Source of the DNA: Syntrophales bacterium
GTDB lineage: Bacteria; Desulfobacterota; Syntrophia; Syntrophales; UBA2210
Assembly (NCBI GenBank): GCA_963665835.2
Contig: CAXXWJ010000002.1
Coordinates: 656,948 to 720,947 of the forward strand
DNA: 64,000 bases
Direction: 5' to 3'
Part shown: positions 10,024 to 20,474 of the stretch, one piece after another
Layout of the letters: each line of letters starts with the position of its first letter
How positions within the stretch are numbered: position 1 is the stretch's first letter
The notes under the pieces: generated by a model
Told to the model about the DNA's origin: nothing
Databases searched by the model: none
Seen by the model: the letters and a program-made list of their open reading frames with translations, nothing else
Translations under genes and position numbers: made by a program

Positions 10024-10824
10024 TTACTTATTCTCCAACCCAAGCCTTTCGCCGAGATATGCGTAAGCATCTGAGAATAGGGAATCTATCTTCTCAGACC
10101 TAGGCAGGACACTGCGAATAGTCTCCAGGTAACCCCTCGAATGAAAGGTGCGTAATGCCGGTTCAAAATTGACGTCGAAAACCCAGCCCACCTGTAGCAG
10201 CTTGAAATCATTCAAACTCCTGACATGATTAATATCGACTATCTTCCGGTTTAGCAAATCCAGATAAACTTCTTGGGAAAATCCGGTTTCATCGGGAAGA
10301 TCCAGTTCCAGCGCTACATTACGCCGCCCATCTTTATCAAGGTAATAACCGGTAAGAACATTCAGTATATCTATTTTATCGGCATCGCGCAGCAGCTTTG
10401 TAAAGAACAGACACTCTTCCGTCTCTTCATGGGGAAGAACGGCAAGGTTATGATACTGAACTGTTCTTAGAATAAGATCCTCTATTGACCGGTCACAATC
10501 ACCGAGAACATTGTATCTTTTTAATATCTTTACGCCAAGCTCTGCGTGGTTCTCGGACCTTCGATCCATGAAGGTTTTGTAACGGGCATACTGCTCGAAA
10601 CGGCCTATGTCGTGAAAAAGAGCCATGATTTCAGCCAAACGCAGTTCATTATCACTTAATCCCAGATGGTATCCTATGCCCAGAATCTCGGAGCATACCC
10701 TTCTGGTATGCTCTTCTTTAAGCTCTATATTGTGCCGCCCATCCTGATCCAGCTTGAACTTCTGGACATAACTTGAAAACCAGTCCTTCAGATCCTTTAG
10801 CAGAATGTTATTTATTTCTGTCAT
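10024..10824 (-). CDS. HD-domain phosphohydrolase
   Basis: 266 aa with HTRRV...LFHDIGRFEQ...DADKID metal-binding HD signature. Confidence 0.8.
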   Translation of the reverse strand: MTEINNILLKDLKDWFSSYVQKFKLDQDGRHNIELKEEHTRRVCSEILGIGYHLGLSDNELRLAEIMALFHDIGRFEQYARYKTFMDRRSENHAELGVKILKRYNVLGDCDRSIEDLILRTVQYHNLAVLPHEETEECLFFTKLLRDADKIDILNVLTGYYLDKDGRRNVALELDLPDETGFSQEVYLDLLNRKIVDINHVRSLNDFKLLQVGWVFDVNFEPALRTFHSRGYLETIRSVLPRSEKIDSLFSDAYAYLGERLGLENK

Positions 10825-10872
10825 ATCCTTATCTTAAAAAATATTTTGCTGTCTTATGAAAAAACAAACCCT

Positions 10873-12090
10873 TCATTTGCGGTGCAAAAAACAAGAGGGG
10901 TCCTGGGCCAGGTAATCACCATGATAACTCAGGGCCCGCCCCCGGCATCCCCCGCATATAGTTTTGTAGTTACATTCTCCGCACTCCCCTTTCAGGGTCT
11001 TTTCCCGGTTCCGCAAGTTGAGAAAGATCTCACTGTCACGCCATATTTTAGCAAATGGAAGCGCCCTTACATTTCCGGCGCTTATCTCTACAAATGGGCA
11101 GGGCCATACATCGCCGTTGGGTTTGATGTAAACGAAGCCACGTCCCGCCGAGCAGCCGTGGAACACCTTTTCAGCGAGCTTAAGCCAGATTCCGCCCGAC
11201 TTGCCATTGCGTTCCATAAGATAAGGCCAGTATTGCGGACCCGCTACGGGTTCGATTATCGTAGATACGTTTTTCTGCTTGGTGCACAAAGCCTTCAGCA
11301 ATCTTTCGTTTTCATTTACGTCAAGGGAGGCATCTTCGATAGCGCTTCCCCGTCCAACAGGGACAAGCTGATACATCAACATAATACCCGATCCCTGTCC
11401 GTCCGCCAGCTCTATAAGCTCATCTAGGGTGGAAAAGTTGTAATCCATTGCTGTAACATTTATCTGAAGAAGGATTCCAGCCCTTTTAAGGGCCTTCATC
11501 CCCCGCATAGCCAAATCGAAGGCGTTATCGTCTCCCCGGATATAATTGTGAATAGTCTTCTGCGAAGAATCGAGACTGACTGCTGCGCCAACAACTCCGG
11601 CATCTCTGAGTTTGAAGGCAACATCTTCGGTTATGAGGGTTCCGTTGGTCGCTATGACATTGGTAAGTCCTGCCTTTCTGGAGTGGTGGAGAAGCTCTAT
11701 CAGGTCCGGACGCATGAGTGGTTCGCCGCCGGTATAAACAAGCATACGAAATTCTTCTATCACGGCAAGGCTGTCTATGAATCTCTTTGCCTCATCCGTT
11801 GTCATCTCATCCTTTGCCGGCTTGCTGCTCGAAGCATGGCAATGAATGCACCGAAGGTTACAGGCATTTGTCACCTCCCATGCCGGATGGGCAGGGAAAC
11901 CTATGCATCCCATCCCTATCGCTCCGGCAGCAACGGGAAGGGATTTTAGCCCGTGCCTCACAAACCATTGAGGCATCTTTTTCCACCCCACCAGGTGACC
12001 GAAATACAGAACGCTTGTCAACTGTTTCGCGACCATGGTCGGCGGCAGAAATATGGATCGAAGTGGCAGATCAAATATATTTTTAGGCAT
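10873..12090 (-). CDS. Radical SAM / SPASM-domain protein (NirJ/AhbD-like)
   Basis: CNLRCIHC (CxxxCxxC) cluster motif, GGEPLMRPD. C-terminal Cys-rich SPASM-like region WPCPF...CGECNYKTICGGCRGRA. Confidence 0.85.
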   Translation of the reverse strand: MPKNIFDLPLRSIFLPPTMVAKQLTSVLYFGHLVGWKKMPQWFVRHGLKSLPVAAGAIGMGCIGFPAHPAWEVTNACNLRCIHCHASSSKPAKDEMTTDEAKRFIDSLAVIEEFRMLVYTGGEPLMRPDLIELLHHSRKAGLTNVIATNGTLITEDVAFKLRDAGVVGAAVSLDSSQKTIHNYIRGDDNAFDLAMRGMKALKRAGILLQINVTAMDYNFSTLDELIELADGQGSGIMLMYQLVPVGRGSAIEDASLDVNENERLLKALCTKQKNVSTIIEPVAGPQYWPYLMERNGKSGGIWLKLAEKVFHGCSAGRGFVYIKPNGDVWPCPFVEISAGNVRALPFAKIWRDSEIFLNLRNREKTLKGECGECNYKTICGGCRGRALSYHGDYLAQDPSCFLHRK

Positions 12091-12092
12091 TT

Positions 12093-13031
12093 TTATATGG
12101 TGTTTTTCAGTAAAAGGGCCAGCGTATAGGCGAGCGAGGTGCCCATATTAACAACAATAGTGAGACCACAAATCAATTCGAGCCTCTTTCTGTCCACATA
12201 GGATTTTTTAAGCATCAAAAAGATCAGGAGCAGACTTATCAAAAAAACAGGGATATAAAAATATATAGCAGCAAAGGGAACGCCCTGCATAAGAGCCACT
12301 GGAAAGGTTATCAGGGCAATTATCGTAGCCGCCACATAGAGAAAAGCCGAGAAGGGTTTTCCCAGCCTCACCACCAGATTACGTTTATCCTCTATAATAT
12401 CTGCCGGATAATCAGGAAATTCGTTTATAAGGATTACATTAAAGATGGTGGCCGCTATGGGGATGGATACAAGATGCACCACAGCATCTATGGTTCCAGT
12501 CTGTAGATAAAAGGCCGTTGCTACAGGAAGCCAGCCGTAGCAGTATGCAATAATCAGTTCTCCCAGGCCCCTCTTGACCCAGCGAACAGGAGGGGTCGAG
12601 TAGAAAAAACCTGCGATGATCCCTACAATTCCAAGCGGTATGGTCCAGGGACCTGTCCTGTAATAAAAATGCAAAACAAGACCTATAAATCCGGCCAGGA
12701 TTATTGTTACAAAGGCGGCTATCTTCGCATGCCCCCTGGGCAGAAGATTCTTCAATATGACCTGGGTCCCACCGGAAAAGGCGTTTCTTTCCATACGGGC
12801 CGACAGGGCATCTACCTCATAGTCATAGAACTCCCCGCTGTAATAGGTGGACAGCATAATCAGAACCACCGCCAGAGTGCTCCATGCAAGAACAGGCCAG
12901 TTGAAGGTACCATAGGCCTTCCAGGCCAGCAGCGCCCCAAGGACAAAAGGCAGCAGCCCCACCAGATGAAAAGGCGGGCGAGACAGCTGAACCCAGCCTT
13001 TGATAGCGTCTATCTTTGATCCGTTTACCAT
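12093..13031 (-). CDS. UbiA-family prenyltransferase (MenA-like)
   Basis: 312 aa with ~9 TM helices, an Asp-rich loop YSGEFYDYEVD and a second loop NEFPDYPADIED. Stop lies 2 nt from the downstream radical SAM start. Confidence 0.8.
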   Translation of the reverse strand: MVNGSKIDAIKGWVQLSRPPFHLVGLLPFVLGALLAWKAYGTFNWPVLAWSTLAVVLIMLSTYYSGEFYDYEVDALSARMERNAFSGGTQVILKNLLPRGHAKIAAFVTIILAGFIGLVLHFYYRTGPWTIPLGIVGIIAGFFYSTPPVRWVKRGLGELIIAYCYGWLPVATAFYLQTGTIDAVVHLVSIPIAATIFNVILINEFPDYPADIIEDKRNLVVRLGKPFSAFLYVAATIIALITFPVALMQGVPFAAIYFYIPVFLISLLLIFLMLKKSYVDRKRLELICGLTIVVNMGTSLAYTLALLLKNTI

Positions 13032-13192
13032 TTACGCATTCTCCAAAAGCTTGACATTCTCCTGTCTTTCCTGTCAGGGCTAAAGAATTGCTATATCCAT
13101 CAGGGGCAGCTGTCAACAAAAAATTACGGCTAATTTCTAAGTTTTGTCGTACCTCTTTTTCAAAAAAATCCTTAAAAACATCAGCCATCCAT

Positions 13193-13912
13193 TTATTTTT
13201 CGGCCTTTTCAATATCCTCGTCAACATCGCGCTGAAAATCCAGGGTAAGATAATCCAGGCTCATGGGGAGGGAAAGCTCAAGGGAACTTATAAACTGTAT
13301 GCCCGCCTGTCCCGTTTTTGGAGAGCATTCCAATAGATGCCCACCATGTAGGCGATCTGCGGAAAGAAAGTGGAGGTGCAAACCAGGAACATTCAGCGAA
13401 GACATAAAGGAGGGCGTATAAAATCCCGCCAGTGAACCCTCCACATCGTCAAAACTGAAAACTGGCTGGTCTGCGGCAACCTCGACCAGAGGACGGTAAT
13501 TCTCCTGCTTAGGTACCGAGCGAACCTTCACATTCCTGAAAATCCCATCAAAGCGAATGGCGTAAAAGATATTGGTAGAGGGCATAAGGGTACCCAGCCA
13601 CTCCAGAAAGGCATTGTAATCCAATTCATCTACTAACTCATCATGGCTCAGGGGTCTGTAAAAAGTCACGCAGGCGAAGGGGGTCTTCATCTTCTCATCT
13701 ACCTCCTTCACATGGCCGTCGCCGGTTATCTGGTATATTATCCCATCGAGCATAATCATCTCTCCGTCCAGATGATCAAAGGTGCCTATACCAAAATCGC
13801 CATGCTTCTTGATCTCTGTAAAGGGGATCCGTTCCTCGTATATTCCCTCAACCAGTGCATTGGCTGGTGAACATAGATAGATGAAATTTCTTTCCTGAGC
13901 AGTTTTTTTCAC
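13193..13912 (-). CDS. budA: Alpha-acetolactate decarboxylase
   Basis: 239 aa with NALVEGIYE...HGDFGIGTFDHLDGEMIMLDG...YAIRFDG...HLHFLS, characteristic of AlsD/BudA. Confidence 0.85.
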   Translation of the reverse strand: MKKTAQERNFIYLCSPANALVEGIYEERIPFTEIKKHGDFGIGTFDHLDGEMIMLDGIIYQITGDGHVKEVDEKMKTPFACVTFYRPLSHDELVDELDYNAFLEWLGTLMPSTNIFYAIRFDGIFRNVKVRSVPKQENYRPLVEVAADQPVFSFDDVEGSLAGFYTPSFMSSLNVPGLHLHFLSADRLHGGHLLECSPKTGQAGIQFISSLELSLPMSLDYLTLDFQRDVDEDIEKAEK

Positions 13913-14034
13913 GTTTGAATCCTTCCGCAGAGCACCTATTGGCGTCTTGCCAAGATGAAAGAAAAAAAGGGAAATACAACTTATTAACCCGCCGCCTTAA
14001 TGGAAGTCTATTAACCCCCAATTCGGGCTGGGGG

Positions 14035-14349
14035 TCACTTTATAATCAGGTTATTCGTTACGGATTGGACACCCTTAACCGTCCTGGCTATGAAATCGGC
14101 CTTTTCCTTGGTTTCCGTAGAGTCAACAAAACCGCTTAACTGTACAACCCCTTTGTAAGTCTCAACACTGATCTGAAATGACTTAAGCGCTGTATCCCTT
14201 ATCATAAGTGCCTTAACCTTGGCCGTCACGACCGTGTCGTCTATATACTCTCCCGTGCTTGATGACTTGGAGGTAGATGCACAACCCATAAAAAAGGCCA
14301 ACAGCATCAGACTTGCAATAAAGGACAACAGCATACGAGATCTTGACAT
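14035..14349 (-). CDS. BON-domain lipoprotein (OsmY-like)
   Basis: Lipobox FFMGC followed by a single BON domain (DDTVVTAKVKALM...VETYKGVVQLSGFVDS...VKGVQSVTNNL). Confidence 0.8.
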   Translation of the reverse strand: MSRSRMLLSFIASLMLLAFFMGCASTSKSSSTGEYIDDTVVTAKVKALMIRDTALKSFQISVETYKGVVQLSGFVDSTETKEKADFIARTVKGVQSVTNNLIIK

Positions 14350-14411
14350 GATTAAAACTCCTTTTTAATAGTTTTTAGCAGGGAAGCTGTCCCTGATTTA
14401 GTAAATTTGAT

Positions 14412-16538
14412 TCAGTTGCCTAGTATACCCCGAATTAGACCTTCGGGGGTTATACTTTTTTTCTGCTCCGTTACCGGCGCTTCACCTTGATCCTTCAAAA
14501 GCATTTTCTGGAGTTCTTCCCCGATCTTTTTTCCCAGGTTTTCCTTGATTTTTTTGCCGACGGCTCCCGTATCGACAGTATAGGAGGGCTTTGAAACAGT
14601 TCCCCCGACTTTCATCGGTATGCCGGTCCATCCCTTTTCACCAGAGAGAAAGCTGGCGATTGACGACTGACTTACAAGTTTGGGGGCAAGCCTTTCTGAA
14701 ACCTTTACCAGAATAGAAAGGTCAAGCTTTCCGTCAATTCCGACCGTTCCCGTCTCGTTGATCGTCATGTCCTTGCTGCCGATCAATGTTGTAAGAGCCA
14801 CCGTACCGGTTGAGATAGTGAAATTACCATTCGCCTCTTCTATCGGAATTTCTTTCAGATCCTGCAGTCCGAGAATCGCAAGAAGATCGTCGCTCAGCTC
14901 GGCATTTTTTAAGGACCCCTCCTGTATGGTAAACTCACCCTTTCCTTTCAGGTTGCGCTTTACGTTCAAGGGGATTGTGCCTGATCCTGTCAGCGAGGCC
15001 TTGCCGGACAGGACTCCGAAAAGCTTGCCCCTGGCCTTGGGTGCAAAGGCATCTATCAGTGCCTCTATCCTGACACCGCTCAGATCCGAAGCCATGTTGT
15101 AGGAAGTCCCCTTTTCCGCAAGATTCACGGAACCCTTGATCGCAAAAGCTCCGTTCAATATATTGCCCTTCAGATAGGGTATGCTTAAGACATTATCTTT
15201 CAGTTCATAGCGAGAGCTGAAATTGGTTATGGAAATGGTTTTATATCTGGTTTTATCAATGTCCAGAGAAACATCGGCTTTAAGCTTCAGGCTCATCCGT
15301 TCCCGCTCTTTTTTGGCGTCGTCAATCCTGGCTGTTTCCTGCGGTTCATCAGAGGCAGCGACAGGAACGGGGACAAAAAGTTCGTCAAGCGCAATGAATG
15401 GGCTTTTGATGCTGACTCTCAGGTCGGGGTACTCCCTGTAATTCCTCACCGATCCCGATATGTCGGCTTTATCCTGGCCGGCAGTGAGTTTTAAGTCTTT
15501 GAACGTTATGACTTCAGGGGTCAGCTTCAGAGATCCGTCCAGAGCGACGGTCCTGTCTTTATAAGTCAAAGAGGCCCCTGTCATCTTTATATTGCCATCA
15601 AAATAGGGAGAGCCTCCCTTGTCAGCCTTCTTTTCGATATCGAAAAACATGGCGACATTGCCGCCAAGAGATATCCCATTCGGAATAAATGCCCCTCCCA
15701 TATCCTGGCTTATCCGGGCAGTATCGAAGTTCGACGCTTTGACAGCAATAGAATAGGCCATTCCGGAAGAATAGTCGAAGACACCCATAATCTTGCAGGG
15801 AGTTTTCATTAAATCAAGATCAATTGAATGGAGGGTGATCTGTTTTGACGCCATGTCGACGTCAATTTTGTACCGGGCAGTCGCTTTGATATCTTTAAAG
15901 CTTCTATTTCCGCTCTTCAGCAACGCTTCCGCCAGGAGAAACTGGAAAGAACCTTCCGACGACATGAGATTTTTTGAAAGTCCGGTAATTCCCAATTCAG
16001 CATTAATGATCACATCTGCCTTTTTCAAGCCACCCACGGTGCTGGTATACCCGACTTTTGCATTCCTTATCGTTATGTCTTTTACGTTCATTGCTATAGG
16101 AATTCCCACGGGTTTTTTCTTCCCCGCTTGCTGATCCTCCGCCTTATCCAACTTTGCCAAGTCAGAAAAATTATAGGTGCCATCGGGGTTTGCATTGAGG
16201 TAAATTTCAGCATCCACAATACCAAGCTTATCAATCACCAGCCTTTTGGCTAACAGAGGAAGAAACTGATAGGCAAGAACAAATTCCTTGGTCTTGAGAA
16301 AAACCTTCTCGCCGTCCTTTTCGCGTATCTCAAGGTCTTTTACAACGATTCCCCTGAAAAGACTGATATCAACTGGCCCTACGACAACCTTGCGGTCCAG
16401 AGCTTTTTCCACTGCGCCCGAAACAAACGCTTGTGTCCTTTCTTGCGTCATATATGCCTTTACGAGCATAGAAGCGGCAACAATTACAACGAGCAGAACG
16501 GCAAGAATAATGATTGTGACCTTAAGAGCCTTTTTCAT
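14412..16538 (-). CDS. AsmA-family protein
   Basis: 708 aa with one N-terminal TM helix, then a long beta-rich repetitive region and an AsmA-like C-terminus. Confidence 0.7.
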   Translation of the reverse strand: MKKALKVTIIILAVLLVVIVAASMLVKAYMTQERTQAFVSGAVEKALDRKVVVGPVDISLFRGIVVKDLEIREKDGEKVFLKTKEFVLAYQFLPLLAKRLVIDKLGIVDAEIYLNANPDGTYNFSDLAKLDKAEDQQAGKKKPVGIPIAMNVKDITIRNAKVGYTSTVGGLKKADVIINAELGITGLSKNLMSSEGSFQFLLAEALLKSGNRSFKDIKATARYKIDVDMASKQITLHSIDLDLMKTPCKIMGVFDYSSGMAYSIAVKASNFDTARISQDMGGAFIPNGISLGGNVAMFFDIEKKADKGGSPYFDGNIKMTGASLTYKDRTVALDGSLKLTPEVITFKDLKLTAGQDKADISGSVRNYREYPDLRVSIKSPFIALDELFVPVPVAASDEPQETARIDDAKKERERMSLKLKADVSLDIDKTRYKTISITNFSSRYELKDNVLSIPYLKGNILNGAFAIKGSVNLAEKGTSYNMASDLSGVRIEALIDAFAPKARGKLFGVLSGKASLTGSGTIPLNVKRNLKGKGEFTIQEGSLKNAELSDDLLAILGLQDLKEIPIEEANGNFTISTGTVALTTLIGSKDMTINETGTVGIDGKLDLSILVKVSERLAPKLVSQSSIASFLSGEKGWTGIPMKVGGTVSKPSYTVDTGAVGKKIKENLGKKIGEELQKMLLKDQGEAPVTEQKKSITPEGLIRGILGN

Positions 16539-17134
16539 GGGTTATTCCTCCTATGACACTCTACTAAATAAATATGACCGAAGATACCAACAGTCCATTT
16601 TACCTGCGCAATGAATTAAGTTAAAGCTTCCTGGGGGTAAATAGACTATCGTTATCACTGTCAGTGGCATCTGCTCTCGGCTGTTTACAAGAGCCACCTC
16701 AATATTCTGTCATGAGACCAGCCGTTTATTTTCCACCTAGATTTACAAGTGAAATGCCAGCTATAAAGCCCGGCGGCGTTTCTGTGCCTTTTTCCTTGGC
16801 ACTCCTGCTTGCCTTTCAGGCCTTGCCTCAATAATACTGGATTACATTTAATACTGCCATTGCTATTACTGACTGGCATGTAAAACCACATCAATCCGTG
16901 GTTTTCTCTCAAAAATCAAATTTAATCATTTCTATAGCCAGAAATCCTAGCAGCTATTTTATGATGCATTGAAAGACATAAGAACAGAGGGATGAATCAG
17001 TTTGACACACTGCTTTTCTCTTCATATACTAACCCGGCAGTTGTTCAGACCATAAGCACCCCCTTTCCAGGGGATGAATTTGATTATGAAATGGAGGTTC
17101 AGGAATAACCTAAACTTAAAAAATATCTAACGGC

Positions 17135-18475
17135 ATGGACGCTCCATTTCATATAGGCATCAACGGAAGGAATGCAATGGATTTTACTCAAGACATCAAA
17201 CATTTCATTACAGAGACGATCGGCGGAACTTATATTACAAAGGAGTTATCCCATGAGATAGTGTTCGCAGATTCCTTTTTAGTGAATATTTGCGGACAAG
17301 AACTTCTTGGCAAAAATGCGCTCGATGTGCTGCCATGGGAGCCAAGGATTGCCCATTTGAAGCTTTCTCACGGAAAGGCATATGACTGGGAGTATATTGA
17401 CAAGGAACTCAAGACTCACTGGAGTTTCAAATATTCTCTGTTCGACAAGGATGGTGTGACTTACAAGATCGGACATATGACCGACACAACAGGATATATG
17501 CTTTTAAGTCGTGATGTGATTGAATATTCATCATTTTTTGAAAAACTGTCGAACTTTCAGTCCGCAATGTTGAAACATATTTCGTCCAACTGCTTCTCAC
17601 TCTTCCCAATCATAACCAGCAATTTCAGAATACCAAGGCTGTATTTCCTTATGGCCAGAGGCGATTCTATCGAAATTACCACCTACGATCTTTTTACCGA
17701 TACGTTTTCGACGTACAGAATGGCGAACGATCTAAATCTCAGTAATATATTTTCCCTTACTCCCTTTACGGAGCTTACCGAAGATGATCTTGATGAAGGT
17801 TTCCGAAAAATCGTACTCGCAAATGGTGGAGACGCCCTAAATCGATATACAAGCCTTCCCCCCGGCACAATATCGGATAAACGCTACATCATCTATCTGG
17901 AAATGGATAACAATACCGACAGAAAAATGCTTGACGTCAATATCTGTAACACCATCATGACCCTCTGTCTTGAAAACAGTCTCATGAGAGAGGAGATTGT
18001 CTACGAGAGCGAACACGACAAACTTACAGGCCTTTACAACAAAGGAAAATATCTTGCCCGGCTGGAAGAATACGGTTGTCTAGATTCTGTTGGCATCTTG
18101 AATTTTGATGTAAATTATTTGAAACAAACCAACGATATTTACGGACATGAAGCAGGCGACCAGCTGCTGGTTAAAGCAGCGAACAGCATTCGAGAAGTCA
18201 CCTCAGAAAATATACACAGTTATCGCATGGGTGGCGACGAATTTCTAATGATCGCCTGCAACTGCAAGAAAGAGGACATCACCGCATTAAAGAAACGCTG
18301 GGAAAGCGCACTTGAAGAGATCAACAAAGAGAATAATAAAACTCCCTGCGTAATGGCCCTGGGAACCGCCTTTGGTGAAAAAAAATACAATATTGCCGAA
18401 CTTATGAAGATCGCTGATCAGCGCATGTACGAAGACAAGCGCCTCAAAAAAAAGCCCAGCGAAGAGATACGCTGA
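17135..18475 (+). CDS. Diguanylate cyclase (GGDEF) with uncharacterised N-terminal sensor region
   Basis: C-terminal DKLTGLYNK...RMGGDEFLM...ADQRMYEDK. The ~270 N-terminal residues have no motif I recognise. Confidence 0.85.
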   Translation: MDAPFHIGINGRNAMDFTQDIKHFITETIGGTYITKELSHEIVFADSFLVNICGQELLGKNALDVLPWEPRIAHLKLSHGKAYDWEYIDKELKTHWSFKYSLFDKDGVTYKIGHMTDTTGYMLLSRDVIEYSSFFEKLSNFQSAMLKHISSNCFSLFPIITSNFRIPRLYFLMARGDSIEITTYDLFTDTFSTYRMANDLNLSNIFSLTPFTELTEDDLDEGFRKIVLANGGDALNRYTSLPPGTISDKRYIIYLEMDNNTDRKMLDVNICNTIMTLCLENSLMREEIVYESEHDKLTGLYNKGKYLARLEEYGCLDSVGILNFDVNYLKQTNDIYGHEAGDQLLVKAANSIREVTSENIHSYRMGGDEFLMIACNCKKEDITALKKRWESALEEINKENNKTPCVMALGTAFGEKKYNIAELMKIADQRMYEDKRLKKKPSEEIR

Positions 18476-18598
18476 AAAGGCCTGTTGCAGGCAGAATAGG
18501 TTCTCAACTTTTTCTTAGAATGAGTCAATAGCAGCTTTGCCCCTTTGGTTTCCGTCCCAGTCAATATCCATTGACATAGCCACAAAAGGGAGTTACAG

Positions 18599-19762
18599 AT
18601 GCGGAGGCTGTGGCCTATATTTTGCTTATCAATTACCACTCACCCATGCTTTCCATATAACAGGTTCCACAGCATTGAGCGAATTCATGACCTGAAGGAG
18701 AATTTTTTGAAACAGACAAGAATATTATTAGCCTCTTTATTAATGCTGTTTACTGGGGCTTTCGTAAATAATTTTATACCTTCAATGACCACCGCCTGCC
18801 TCGCGCAGGATAGCCCTTTTCCGGAGCGGAAGACTGAAGAACCAATGATAGATGAGAGTCTAGATCCGGATTTTTTCATGAAGGCCAATTTCGAGTTTTC
18901 CCTATATCACGAAATCTCCCACGCCCTTTTCGATATTCTGGAAATTCCGATCCTGGGAAATGAGGAAATTGCCGCCGATCATATGGCTATATTCATGATG
19001 CTTTATCCAAAGGGGAAATACCCTGAAGCTAACTTTCTACCAAAACTGGCTGCGATATCAGGCGAATGGTTGGTTGAGTGGCAAGAATCGGCCAATATGG
19101 ACAATCGTGACTATTCGGATCCTCACCCCCTGGAAATACAGCGTTTTTACGAGATAGGATGTATAAGCTATGGGAGTAATCCCGATTCTCTGGAACGACT
19201 GCGCAAAGAACAGTTGCTCCCTTCGCAAAGGGCAATTACCTGTAAGAGGGATTACGAAAGTTTTCTAAAAAGTACGGAGCTGCTTTTCAGACGCTGGGGC
19301 CGCAAGGAAAATGATCCGCCCTCTTCGGTGAAGATAAAAATCGAAATAGAAAAACCTTCTAACGATTTTGAAAAGAAGGTTTATGACTGGCTGAACCAAA
19401 GTCATATCCTAGAGGATTTAGTCGAGAAGGTAAGCCAGCTCATCGAACTTCCGGAAGCTTTTACAGTTGGCATCTATAAACGGGGCATGCCTACCGCTTA
19501 CTGGAACTCCGAAACCAGATATCTGGCAATATGCTACGAGTTGCTTGAGAAATTCTGGAATAACGCATCTAAGGCAAAAGCAGCTATGCTGGAACTGGAG
19601 AACAGCCAAAAGTGCAACTATAATATACAACTAACGGACGAAATGGACAAACAACTCAAAATACTGTCTAATCAGACAGGAAAGAGTAAAAAAGAAATTA
19701 TTGAAATGATACTTAATCAAGAACTTCCTTGCAAACCTTGCAAGGATTCCGAGCAGAAATAA
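18599..19762 (+). CDS. Putative secreted zinc metallopeptidase (HExxH, DUF4344-like)
   Basis: HEISHALFD motif. Hydrophobic signal-like segment ILLASLLMLFTGAFV. ATG at 18599 has an AGGGAG RBS; an alternative TTG at 18707 sits directly before the signal segment. Confidence 0.55.
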   Translation: MRRLWPIFCLSITTHPCFPYNRFHSIERIHDLKENFLKQTRILLASLLMLFTGAFVNNFIPSMTTACLAQDSPFPERKTEEPMIDESLDPDFFMKANFEFSLYHEISHALFDILEIPILGNEEIAADHMAIFMMLYPKGKYPEANFLPKLAAISGEWLVEWQESANMDNRDYSDPHPLEIQRFYEIGCISYGSNPDSLERLRKEQLLPSQRAITCKRDYESFLKSTELLFRRWGRKENDPPSSVKIKIEIEKPSNDFEKKVYDWLNQSHILEDLVEKVSQLIELPEAFTVGIYKRGMPTAYWNSETRYLAICYELLEKFWNNASKAKAAMLELENSQKCNYNIQLTDEMDKQLKILSNQTGKSKKEIIEMILNQELPCKPCKDSEQK

Positions 19763-20474
19763 ATATATGCCTTGGCATGGGGGGGGGACCTTATACTTCC
19801 CCGCCTTGCATTTTAACCTGTTTGTTTGCCTTAAGGGGGCATTTCCGTGCAGTACGCAGTATTGAAGTAAACGATTCCGCCTTTTCGAGAGGCATGCTGA
19901 AAAAGAGTTCCCCGGAAAAATAGGAAGTTGTTACTACGGAGGCATCGAAGGGAGAAGAAGCTCTGGTAATGTTGGAAATAAATAATTTTGACGTTATGTT
20001 TTAAAGCAAAGACAGACTGAAATAGATCCAAGCACCAATGAAGCTATCCTTTCAGCTGTCCCTGGACTCGCTCACCTTGAACATTGGGAATACATGGTAG
20101 CAGGCGACCTCTTTATATTCAAGGACCACAGGTACACCTTCCTTCACACAAATGTTGAACGCAAGGGCTGATACGCGATGCCTTCCGATGCAAGTGCAGA
20201 CCTTTTTTAGAATATGGGATCTGGACTGGGCTGCTATTAATATCCGGAGTTTTTCTTAAAAACAGCAAAAACCCTTCTGTGCAATTCACCTTACATCCAC
20301 AAATCAGACAATAAGGCCTTGTATCCTTGTAAAATATGCGCCGACAGTTTTATTGATGTTCACCCCAGTAACATGATATTCTCTGCGGATGTTTTTATAA
20401 GGTAATTTTATAATCGGGTTATAATCAAGAGCGGTTGCCAAAATCAACAGTCTATAGATTAAAGTGAGGGGTAA

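Noticed and set aside
16685-17134. 75-aa ORF (16685-16912, minus), a 38-codon ORF (about 16991-17107, plus) and an AAAACCAC...GTGGTTTT hairpin in the long gap upstream of the GGDEF gene.
   Set aside because: No RBS at proper spacing, no motifs, and the hairpin is AT-rich and weak. Left as unannotated non-coding DNA.
19763-20474. 712-nt gap with short ORFs (19729-19923, 19831-20031, 20304-20504), a G9 run, and a Cys-rich frame (…PYCLICGCKVNCTEGF…CVQHLCEGRCTCGP) on the minus strand.
   Set aside because: The frames are interrupted by stops and lack starts. This may be a decayed zinc-ribbon or transposase relic, but I cannot support a call.
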